Assembly (NCBI GenBank): GCA_965205945.1
Contig: CBDBIB010000002.1
Coordinates: 263,999 to 327,998, forward strand
Reading direction: 5' to 3'
Length of the DNA: 64,000 bases
Origin: Bdellovibrionales bacterium
GTDB taxonomy: Bacteria; Bdellovibrionota; Bdellovibrionia; Bdellovibrionales; UBA1609
In this document: positions 39,705 through 48,542 of the stretch, in pieces
Layout of the letters: every line of letters begins with the position of its first letter
Position numbering within the stretch: position 1 is the first letter of the stretch
Position numbers and translations under genes: made by a program
The notes under the pieces: model-generated
What the model was told of the DNA's origin: nothing
Seen by the model: only the letters and a program-made list of their open reading frames with translations
Databases searched by the model: none

Positions 39705-39763
39705 ATTATTTAAATTTAACCTAACTTACCTAAGTAACCATAAAAAAAGCGATTATGTATTTT

Positions 39764-40122
39764 TTATTCTTTAGCTCCAGCTTTAATTAATAATTTTACG
39801 ATTGTATCGTAGCCGCCATTTATAGCAATTATAAGAGCTGTATAACCATGGTAGTGATCTTGAATATTTACATCAGCTTGAGCTTTAATTAATAAGTCTA
39901 GAATTTCAATGTGATTAAACCATACAGCCATAATAAGAGCTGTGTCACCATATTTATTTTGAACATTTACATCAGCTTGAGCTTTAATCAATAATCTTAC
40001 CATTTTAGTGTTATCGCGGAGTACAGCAGCTATAAAAGGTGTATAACCGGGGCTATCTTGAATATTTACATCAGCTTGAGCCTTAATTAACAATTCTACC
40101 ATTTTAGCATTACCATTGAGTG
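39764..40122 (-). pseudogene. 5'-truncated ankyrin gene A10 (~3.5 repeats, no signal peptide or N-cap)
   Basis: Homology starts mid-repeat (LNGNAKMVELL) shortly after an in-frame TAA at 40130-40132; no array RBS. Confidence 0.85.
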
Positions 40123-40253
40123 TATAATCTTAAAAAAACTTATCTTTAAGTCTCTTTTTATTTGTTTAATATTCGTAATAACTACTTACTGACGTGACCA
40201 AGCCTATGAATTAAGTTAAAATTTTCTTTAAAAAATTTAGATACGAGGTTTAT

Positions 40254-41105
40254 ATGAAAATTCAAAGTGTTGGTGTTGTTGGATCTGGTCAGATGGGAAA
40301 TGGTATTGCACAAGTTTGTGCAGCTCATGGTAATTCAGTTGTAATGTATGATATATCCTTAGAGGCTTTACAAAAAGCTATGGTGACGATTTTAAAATCA
40401 TGTAATAAGATTATTCAAAAAGAAAGAATGACTGATGTTGAAAAAAATGATCTTCTTTTAAATATCAAGACTTCTCAAAATATCAAAGATTTAAAAGATT
40501 GTGATATTATTATTGAAGCAGTTACCGAAAATATAGATTTAAAACTTAAAATTTTTAAAAATTTAGACGAGATTGTAAAAAAAGATGCTTATTTATGTTC
40601 AAACACATCTTCTATATCAATTACAAAAATTGCAGCAATTACAAAAAGGCCAGATCTTGTTTGTGGTTTACACTTTATGAATCCTGTTCCCTTAATGAAA
40701 TTAGTTGAAGGCATTAAAGGTCTTCAAACAAGTGAGGAGACATTTAAAATAGTAAGATCTTTTGTAGAATCTTTAGGAAAAACCTTTGTTCATGCAAATG
40801 ATTACCCTGGATTTATTGTAAATAGAATTTTAATGCCTATGATTAATGAGGCTATTTATACTTTATACGAAGGTGTTGGGAAAGTTAAAGATATTGATAC
40901 CTCTATGAAATTAGGAACAAATCAACCAATGGGTCCTTTAAGCTTAGCAGATTTTATTGGTTTAGACACATGCCTTGCTATTATGAATGTTCTTCACAAA
41001 GATTTAGGGGATTCTAAGTATAGGCCTTGTCCATTATTAAAGAACTATGTTCAGGCAGGTTGGTTAGGCAGAAAAACAAAAAAAGGATTTTATAGTTATG
41101 AATAA
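40254..41105 (+). CDS. hbd: 3-hydroxybutyryl-CoA dehydrogenase
   Basis: [37 protein letters not shown]. Confidence 0.9.
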   Translation: MKIQSVGVVGSGQMGNGIAQVCAAHGNSVVMYDISLEALQKAMVTILKSCNKIIQKERMTDVEKNDLLLNIKTSQNIKDLKDCDIIIEAVTENIDLKLKIFKNLDEIVKKDAYLCSNTSSISITKIAAITKRPDLVCGLHFMNPVPLMKLVEGIKGLQTSEETFKIVRSFVESLGKTFVHANDYPGFIVNRILMPMINEAIYTLYEGVGKVKDIDTSMKLGTNQPMGPLSLADFIGLDTCLAIMNVLHKDLGDSKYRPCPLLKNYVQAGWLGRKTKKGFYSYE

Positions 41106-41868
41106 TTTAGTAAATTTTGAAATTAAAAATAGTACGGCTTGGATAACAATTAATAAAGAAGAGTCTTTAAATACTTTAAATTCTGAAGTTTTAAGTGGAT
41201 TAAAAGATTCAATAAAGGAAGCAGACAAAAAACATACCAGAACTATAGTTATCACAGGAGCTGGTGGAAAGGCTTTTGTTGCAGGTGCTGATATTAAAGA
41301 AATGAAGGAATTTACATCTATTCAGGCTACTAAATTTTCAGAAAAAGGGCACGCAGTATTTCAAAGTCTTGAAAAATCTAAAGCAGTAACTATTGCTATG
41401 GTGGATGGATTTGCTTTAGGTGGAGGTTTTGAGTTAGCCCTTTCATGTGATGTTATTTTTGCAACAAATAACTCAAAATTTGGTTTACCAGAGGTAGGTT
41501 TAGGGTTGATACCAGGATTTGGAGGAACACAAAGATTGTCAAGATCATTAGGTCTTCATATAGCAAAAGCTTTAATATTGTCTGGCGATATAGTTGATGC
41601 AAGGTTTTTAGAGTCTCAAGGTATAGTTTTTAAAATAAGTGAGAATAAAGAAGAACTTCTTTTACAAGTTAAGGCTTATATAAAAAGAATTCTTCAAAAA
41701 AGTCCACAAGCCGTTTCTACTGCAAAAATGACTATTCAAAAAGGGTATAGCTTAGAATTTATGGATGCTTTAAAGTTAGAACAGCAAGATTTTGCGTTGT
41801 TATTTGGTACTAAACAGACTCAAGAAGGAATGATTGCTTTTTTAGAAAAAAGAAAACCAAATTTTTAA
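41098..41868 (+). CDS. crt: Enoyl-CoA hydratase / crotonase
   Basis: [35 protein letters not shown]. Confidence 0.88.
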   Translation: MNNLVNFEIKNSTAWITINKEESLNTLNSEVLSGLKDSIKEADKKHTRTIVITGAGGKAFVAGADIKEMKEFTSIQATKFSEKGHAVFQSLEKSKAVTIAMVDGFALGGGFELALSCDVIFATNNSKFGLPEVGLGLIPGFGGTQRLSRSLGLHIAKALILSGDIVDARFLESQGIVFKISENKEELLLQVKAYIKRILQKSPQAVSTAKMTIQKGYSLEFMDALKLEQQDFALLFGTKQTQEGMIAFLEKRKPNF

Positions 41869-41883
41869 AAAAGTATTTAAGGA

Positions 41884-44800
41884 ATGTCAATGAGCAAAAA
41901 AATATACTACAAACCTAAGAATCCAGTTCGTATTGTCACCGCAACATCATTGTTTGATGGTCATGATGCTGCAATTAATATTATGAGAAGAATCTTACAG
42001 GATATGGGAACTGAGGTTATTCATCTTGGGCACAATAGATCTGTTGCTGATGTTGTTAAGGCTGTTTTACAAGAAGGAGCTCAAGGTATAGCTGTAAGCT
42101 CATATCAAGGTGGTCATATTGAGTATTTTAAATACATGAAAGATCTTTTAGATGCTCATGGGGCCTCCTATGTGAAAATCTTTGGAGGCGGTGGTGGTGT
42201 GATTATCCATGAGGAGAAAAAACTTTTAGAAGACTATGGTATTGTTAAAATTTTTCATCCTGAGGATGGACGAAAGTTAGGCCTTGAAGGAATGATTGAA
42301 ATAATCATTAAAGAGTCTGACTTTAATATTTCAGATGTAGCTAAAGTAGCCTTAAGTCCTAAGGAGGAGATTTATAATCTAGGTTTATTGCCCCATAGAG
42401 ATATAGGTCTACTTATTAATGATAAAGAGCTTAAAAAAAATAGTGTAGATAAATGGGCTAAGCAAGTTAAATCTAAATTATATAGAAATAAAATAAGAAA
42501 ACCTTTAGTTTTAGGACTAACAGGAACCGGTGGAGCTGGAAAATCAAGTTTGATTGATGAGCTTCTTCAAAGGTTTTTAAATTTCTATGAAGACAAAAAA
42601 ATTGCAGTAGTTTGTGTTGATCCTTCAAAAAGAAAAACAGGTGGAAGTCTTTTAGGTGATAGAATTAGAATGAATTCGCTATCTAGAGATAGGGTTTATA
42701 TGAGATCTTTAGCCTCTCGTGGTTCTGGCACTGAAATATCTGGAAAACTTCCACAAGTCTTAGAAGAATTAAAAAAACAATCCTTTGATTTAATTATAGC
42801 AGAAAGCTCAGGAATTGGTCAGGCAAATACGGCTATAACTAAGGTAAGTGATTTAAGCTTATATGTAATGACATCAGAATTTGGTGCACAGAGCCAGCTT
42901 GAGAAAATTGATATGATAGATTTTGCAGATTTTATTGCTATTAATAAAGCAGATAGGCGTGGTTCTGAAGATGCGTTAAGAGATGTTAAGAGACAATATA
43001 TTAGATCTAGAAAACTTTTTTATAAAAATCAAGACGATCTTCCTGTTCATTTAACACAAGCTTCAAACTTTAATGATCAAGGGGTAAATAATCTTTTTAA
43101 AAACATTATAGAATTATTAATAAAAAAAGATACCTTTAAAAGATGGAAGCCTTTAAAGGAAATATCTAAAGGTGAAATTAAAAAAAATATTATTCCATCT
43201 CATCGACAAAATTATTTAACTGAAATTTCAAATACAATAAACACTTATCATAAAAATACAAAAATTGATAAAAAAAGCTTTTCTAATTTAGGGGCTGTGA
43301 AACTCTTAAAAAAAAACGGTGTTAAAAACCTAGATAATTTTGAAAAAGAGCTTTTAATTAAGAATAAAAAAAATGAACTCTTTAATAAAGTTGAAGAATG
43401 GGAGTCTTTAATAAACAAATATAAACAAGATGAATTTTCATATATTGTTAGAGGTAAAGAAATAAAGCAACCTTTAACTTCTAAAACCTTAAGTGGAATA
43501 TCTATTCCAAGAGTGGTGCCTCCTAATATTACGGATTGGGGGGATAGATATGAATTTTTAAGAAAAGAGAGTTTTTCAGGAGAATTTCCTTATACTGCAG
43601 GAGTTTTTCCTCTTAAGAGAAAGAGTGAGGATCCTGGGCGTCAATTTGCTGGGGAAGGTTCACCTGAAAGAACAAATAAGAGATTTCATTATTTATCTAA
43701 AAATGAAAAGGCTAAAAGATTATCTACGGCTTTTGATTCTGTAACCCTTTACGGGCAAGCCCCTCATTTAAGACCAGATATTTACGGAAAAGTAGGGGAA
43801 TCAGGTGTTAGTATTGCAAGTTTAGAAGACATGAAACGTTTATATAAAGGTTTTGATCTTTGTGATCCATCAACTTCCGTAAGTATGACTATTAATGGAC
43901 CAGCACCAATTCTTTTAGCTTATTTTATGAACACAGCTATTGATCAGTATATTGAAAAAAAAGAAATAAAGCTTGGGCGAAAGCTTTGCATAGAAGAATT
44001 TACAAACGCAAGACTTAGGGCCATGCAACTAGTACGTGGTACTGTTCAAGCTGATATTTTAAAAGAAGATCAAGGGCAGAATACATGTATTTTTTCAACA
44101 GACTTTGCTTTAAAAATGATGGGAGATATTCAACAGTATTTTATTAATAATAGTATTAAAAATTTTTATTCTGTAAGTATTTCAGGTTATCATATTGCTG
44201 AAGCTGGAGCAAATCCAATTACACAACTATCATTAACTTTAAGCAATGCATTTACATATGTTGAATACTATTTATCTAGAGGAATGAAGATTGACGAGTT
44301 TGCACCAAGCTTATCATTTTTCTTTAGTAATGGATTAGACACAGAGTATTCTGTTATTGGTAGAGTTGCTAGAAGAATTTGGGCCATAGCAATGAAGGAT
44401 CTGTATAATGCTAACTCAAGGTCTCAAAAACTAAAATATCATATTCAAACCAGTGGAAGGTCTCTTCATGCTCAAGAAATTCAGTTTAATGATATAAGAA
44501 CAACGTTGCAGGCTTTGATTGCTATTAATGACAATTGTAATTCTTTACATACAAATGCATATGATGAAGCGATTACAACTCCTACAGAGGAATCTGTAAG
44601 ACGTGCACAAGCAATACAGCTTATTATTAACAAAGAGCTTGGAAGCACTAAAAACGAGAATACTATTCAGGGCTCATATTTTTACGAATGGCTTACAGAC
44701 AATGTAGAAGAGCAAGTTCTAAAAGAATTTACTCGTATTTCAGACCGTGGTGGTGTGTTAGGGGCTATGGAAACTCAATATCAAAGAGGCAAGATTCAAG

Positions 44801-45144
44801 AAGAATCTATGTATTATGAAATGCAAAAGCATGATGGAACTTTACCGATTGTTGGGGTAAATTTTTTTATTGATAAAAAAACTTTAAATAAGGACTATGT
44901 TCCTAAAAAAATTGCTCTTGCAAGAGCTTTAAAAGAAGAAAAAGAACTTCAACTTAAAAGAACAAATGAATTTAGCATTAAAAATAAAAAATTAGCCGAA
45001 AAAAATCTAAAAAAACTTAAAGAAACAGCACTTTTAGGAGGTAATATTTTTGAAGCTCTTATGGAAGTATCTAGAACATCTACACTTGCACAGATTACAA
45101 ATGCATTGTTTGAAGTTGGTGGCGAGTACCGTCGTAATTTGTAG
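41884..45144 (+). CDS. icmF: Fused isobutyryl-CoA mutase / MeaB-like GTPase IcmF
   Basis: B12-binding DGHD, GTPase GTGGAGKSS and C-terminal mutase domain, in IcmF order. Confidence 0.92.
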   Translation: MSMSKKIYYKPKNPVRIVTATSLFDGHDAAINIMRRILQDMGTEVIHLGHNRSVADVVKAVLQEGAQGIAVSSYQGGHIEYFKYMKDLLDAHGASYVKIFGGGGGVIIHEEKKLLEDYGIVKIFHPEDGRKLGLEGMIEIIIKESDFNISDVAKVALSPKEEIYNLGLLPHRDIGLLINDKELKKNSVDKWAKQVKSKLYRNKIRKPLVLGLTGTGGAGKSSLIDELLQRFLNFYEDKKIAVVCVDPSKRKTGGSLLGDRIRMNSLSRDRVYMRSLASRGSGTEISGKLPQVLEELKKQSFDLIIAESSGIGQANTAITKVSDLSLYVMTSEFGAQSQLEKIDMIDFADFIAINKADRRGSEDALRDVKRQYIRSRKLFYKNQDDLPVHLTQASNFNDQGVNNLFKNIIELLIKKDTFKRWKPLKEISKGEIKKNIIPSHRQNYLTEISNTINTYHKNTKIDKKSFSNLGAVKLLKKNGVKNLDNFEKELLIKNKKNELFNKVEEWESLINKYKQDEFSYIVRGKEIKQPLTSKTLSGISIPRVVPPNITDWGDRYEFLRKESFSGEFPYTAGVFPLKRKSEDPGRQFAGEGSPERTNKRFHYLSKNEKAKRLSTAFDSVTLYGQAPHLRPDIYGKVGESGVSIASLEDMKRLYKGFDLCDPSTSVSMTINGPAPILLAYFMNTAIDQYIEKKEIKLGRKLCIEEFTNARLRAMQLVRGTVQADILKEDQGQNTCIFSTDFALKMMGDIQQYFINNSIKNFYSVSISGYHIAEAGANPITQLSLTLSNAFTYVEYYLSRGMKIDEFAPSLSFFFSNGLDTEYSVIGRVARRIWAIAMKDLYNANSRSQKLKYHIQTSGRSLHAQEIQFNDIRTTLQALIAINDNCNSLHTNAYDEAITTPTEESVRRAQAIQLIINKELGSTKNENTIQGSYFYEWLTDNVEEQVLKEFTRISDRGGVLGAMETQYQRGKIQEESMYYEMQKHDGTLPIVGVNFFIDKKTLNKDYVPKKIALARALKEEKELQLKRTNEFSIKNKKLAEKNLKKLKETALLGGNIFEALMEVSRTSTLAQITNALFEVGGEYRRNL

Positions 45145-46297
45145 TGGTATAAATACGTTTGCTAAGGAATCTAAGAATTTAAAAATAGGGGTGTCTACAG
45201 ATTTATTATCTTTTAACCCATTTTCATTCCAATCTTTAGGAGAACGAGATATTATAGATCTAATCTATGGTAGATTATTTGAAATTACTTTAGAAGGTTT
45301 TAAATCAGATTATCTTATGAATATAAAAATTAAAAGCAATAAACTTATATTTGATGAGATGAGTGATGAATTATTTAAAAAGACTTTAAAAGTTTTTAAA
45401 AAAGGAGAGGCCTCTATTTTATGGCAGGATATTTTTTCGCAATTTATAATCACTAAAAAAAGCATTAAATACAAAAGGAAAAATGATTTTATAGCACAAT
45501 TAAAAACCCTTGCTCCTTTAATTGCTTTTAAAGACGAAGGGATATATAGAATAATTAAACATGTAAAAGGACAAAGTCTAATTCTTTTTACAGAGAATAA
45601 AAACTTAATAAGTAAACTTTTCATTCAAAGAATTAAGAGTAATAAAGTAGGGCTTGATCTTCTTACGGCAAAAAAACTTGATTTGTATTTTCCAGGAAAG
45701 CTGGTTTCAAAAGGAGTTTTTAATATCTATAAAGATCTTTTGTTTGTAGAATCTTTTAATTTTTTTTTAAAGCTTCGTTTGTATAATAAGTATAAAGAAT
45801 CAAGTAAACTTTTAAGTGTTTATTGTAATAATAAGGAAAGTATTCAAAAAATTATTGGAAAAGCTTGGGTTTTAGAAAAAGACAGTTGTTCTAAGAATAA
45901 ATTTTATAAAAAGGATATAAATATTATTTATTCAGACTCTTATAGCCTTAAGCTCCTAGATTTTTTAAATGATAAATATAGTAAGAAGATAGGAGGAAAT
46001 TTTAATTATCAAAAGCTTGAATCTATTAAACTAACAAATGCTCTTAAAACAGGGCAATTTGATCACTATTTAAGTCTAGAAGTCTTATTTGTTCATGGTG
46101 AAGTTTTAAAAGATTCATTTCATTCAAAAGGTCGGTATAACACGTATAGAATAAAAGATATTGAATTAGATAAACTTCTTGTTGAATCTTCTAAAAGCCA
46201 GAGTTTAAAAGAATTTAAGAGAATTAATATAAAAGCTAGGAAAAGACTTTTTAAAAATTTTACCAGTAGTTTTTTCCTATACAAGACCATTAATTAA
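45101..46297 (+). CDS. Divergent peptide-ABC (family 5) substrate-binding-like protein; start uncertain, C-terminus possibly frameshifted
   Basis: LKIGVSTDLLSFNPF...LIYGRL, GQFD, FHSKGRYN..IKDIELDKLL. Confidence 0.5.
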   Translation: MHCLKLVASTVVICSGINTFAKESKNLKIGVSTDLLSFNPFSFQSLGERDIIDLIYGRLFEITLEGFKSDYLMNIKIKSNKLIFDEMSDELFKKTLKVFKKGEASILWQDIFSQFIITKKSIKYKRKNDFIAQLKTLAPLIAFKDEGIYRIIKHVKGQSLILFTENKNLISKLFIQRIKSNKVGLDLLTAKKLDLYFPGKLVSKGVFNIYKDLLFVESFNFFLKLRLYNKYKESSKLLSVYCNNKESIQKIIGKAWVLEKDSCSKNKFYKKDINIIYSDSYSLKLLDFLNDKYSKKIGGNFNYQKLESIKLTNALKTGQFDHYLSLEVLFVHGEVLKDSFHSKGRYNTYRIKDIELDKLLVESSKSQSLKEFKRINIKARKRLFKNFTSSFFLYKTIN

Positions 46298-46385
46298 ATA
46301 TGTGAAAAGAAGAGAAAAAGCTATTTTTTCATCTAAATTTTCAAAAAAACTAATTTTTTTCAAAAAACAACCGAAATAATTAAGT

Positions 46386-47348
46386 ATGGATTTTTACTTT
46401 AAATCTTTTTTTTTCGTATTAGAATGTTTTTCTACAGGGTTTTTAAAAATTAGTTTTGTAGCACAGACAAGTTTAAGTCCTATTGGATCAGTGTTAAAAT
46501 ACCCACTTCTTAATATCAATGGACAAGAAGTTACTTTTGGAAAAATCTTAGTTAGTCTAATATTTTTAACTGCAGGAATTATTTTATCTAAGACTATTAT
46601 AAAAATAATTAGTCAAAAGTTACTTTATAAGGTTATAGATAATGAGTCAGCAGTTTATGCTATTGAAAATTTAACATTTTATGTTTTAGTTATATTTTTC
46701 TTTTTGGTTGCACTTCAAGTTGCAAATATACCAATTACAGTTTTTACATATGCAGCAGGTGCTGCAGCTATAGCAATCGGCTTAGGTTCACAAAAAATAG
46801 TCTATAATTTTATTAGTGGGATTATAATTCTTATCGAACAGCCTATAAAAAAAGGTGATTATGTAAGAGTAGGAGATGTATTCGGTAAAATTGAAGAGGT
46901 GGGAACAAGGGCAACAAAAATAAATTCTGCGAATAATAAACATTTAATTCTTCCTAATAGTAGAATGATAGAAGAAAATATTGAAAATCTTACTCATCAC
47001 AATAGAAAAATTAAAGCTCAGGTGAAAGTTGGTGTACAGTATGGAAGTGATATAAATTTGGTTAAAAGGCTTTTAATAGAGTCTTCAAAAGAAAATATTG
47101 CAACATTAAAATCTAGTGAACCAATAGTGCTTTTTGAAAAATTTGGAGAAAATTCTTTAGATTTTACATTGTTATTTGATGTAACACTTAATAATTTTTT
47201 AGATGAAAGGCGTATTACTTCAAAAGTAAGAGAAGCAATTGATGCTAAATTTAAAAAACATGAAGTAGTTATAGCGTACCCTCAAAGAGATGTTCATGTT
47301 CATCTACCTAAAGAAATTAAAGAAAGCTTTAAGAAGAAATTAGCTTAA
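46386..47348 (+). CDS. Small-conductance mechanosensitive channel (MscS family)
   Basis: IGLGSQKIVYNFISGIIILIEQPIKKGD, LPNS, VGVQYGSD, YPQRD. Confidence 0.92.
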   Translation: MDFYFKSFFFVLECFSTGFLKISFVAQTSLSPIGSVLKYPLLNINGQEVTFGKILVSLIFLTAGIILSKTIIKIISQKLLYKVIDNESAVYAIENLTFYVLVIFFFLVALQVANIPITVFTYAAGAAAIAIGLGSQKIVYNFISGIIILIEQPIKKGDYVRVGDVFGKIEEVGTRATKINSANNKHLILPNSRMIEENIENLTHHNRKIKAQVKVGVQYGSDINLVKRLLIESSKENIATLKSSEPIVLFEKFGENSLDFTLLFDVTLNNFLDERRITSKVREAIDAKFKKHEVVIAYPQRDVHVHLPKEIKESFKKKLA

Positions 47349-47464
47349 ATAGATTTATTACATTAACCTTTAAAAAATTTAAAATTGTAGAGATATAAAT
47401 ATGAGTTTAGAAGGGTTTTTAAAAAAAAATTCTAGATTAAAAAGCAAAAGTGTGTTCAGAGACT

Positions 47465-48370
47465 CTACTCTTCAGATATTAAAAAAGCTTCAAGGAAATT
47501 AAAAAATAGATAAAGATTGTCTTCATAATAAGTAATGTGTAAATTACTTTCTTTGTTTTGAAGCTCTAGAGCAGTATTTTTAATAAGATCTATATATTTC
47601 TTAAACTCTTTATTTTTTAAAATTTTCTTACCTTTAAGAGAAAGGTTTAGACTTTTTTCTTTAAGAGTTAAAACAGTGTGAAAATTATCATTGTTTTTCT
47701 TATTTTTTTTAGTAAAAAGATTATTAATATTAATTATAAAAGTTAAGACTAAGTTTTTTTTATTTGGAGTTATAGTTAGAGAGGAGAATAGATTTTTAAG
47801 GTCACTATTTTTTTTTGAATCATTTACATAAACACGTTTTCCATAGGCTGCAGCCTTTTTAAAACCGTCTTGTAACTTAGTAACAGAGTTTGAATTGTTT
47901 ATACCCTCTTGAATATAACAAATAATATTTTGAATATGTACACGGTCTAAAGTTTCATCATTAATAGGCTCTTGCTCACATACGCCTGAAACTAAAGAGA
48001 TGTGTTTTAGAACAGCTAATGTATTGCTTTGTATATTAATATTAGCATTAAAATTAAAAGATTTTTCTTCATCATTAATAGTGCTAGCATTAGTTGAAAA
48101 ATTTAGTGCGAATAATAAGTTGTCATTTAAATTACTTGCTAAAGGAATAGTTTGAGTAGTTAAATTAGCCTTAACATATCCAAGGTTAAAATCAGTATAG
48201 TCTTTATCAATTTTAATCCTAGATACCATAGTATCATCTTCTAAAAACTCATAAAATTTAAGAGTATTTAAGAATGTATCATTAAGAGAAGTTCCTAATA
48301 AACTTGTATCTAATTGAGCTATGCAGAGAAGAGAATAAGTTAATCCTAATGTAGCTAATAAAAATTTCAT
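47465..48370 (-). CDS. Secreted hypothetical protein
   Basis: Signal peptide-like N-terminus; AGGAG RBS. Confidence 0.7.
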   Translation of the reverse strand: MKFLLATLGLTYSLLCIAQLDTSLLGTSLNDTFLNTLKFYEFLEDDTMVSRIKIDKDYTDFNLGYVKANLTTQTIPLASNLNDNLLFALNFSTNASTINDEEKSFNFNANINIQSNTLAVLKHISLVSGVCEQEPINDETLDRVHIQNIICYIQEGINNSNSVTKLQDGFKKAAAYGKRVYVNDSKKNSDLKNLFSSLTITPNKKNLVLTFIININNLFTKKNKKNNDNFHTVLTLKEKSLNLSLKGKKILKNKEFKKYIDLIKNTALELQNKESNLHITYYEDNLYLFFNFLEAFLISEE

Positions 48371-48542
48371 TTGTTCTCCTTTAAAAATTAATATTGATTA
48401 TAGAATCATAAGGCATTTTAGAGCTAATTAATAGGGAAATAGTAATTTTTACATTAAATTTCAATGAAATTTAATAAATTAATGTAAAGTTTAGTTGAAA
48501 TTAGTTCGATAGAAAAAAAGAAAAAGTTTTAGAGGGGATCTA

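Larger units (their letters stand above)
30899..40122 (-). repeat. Tandem array of 10 ankyrin-gene units with nested 99/102 bp coding repeats and 233-243 bp conserved spacers
   Basis: Direct comparison of the genes and spacers. Confidence 0.97.

Noticed and set aside
31574..39763. Integron cassette array with attC sites
   Set aside because: GTTRRRY-like words occur, but there is no paired RYYYAAC...GTTRRRY attC fold on the gene strand, no integrase, and all genes are paralogs with their own terminators.
30983..40122. CRISPR array (a ~30 bp constant sequence recurring every ~99 bp)
   Set aside because: The repeats are in-frame ankyrin codons, the intervening segments are homologous to each other, and there are no cas genes in the window.
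30983..40122. Diversity-generating retroelement
   Set aside because: No reverse transcriptase or TR/VR pair in the window; variation appears as block exchange and is not obviously adenine-restricted. A trans-acting RT elsewhere cannot be excluded.
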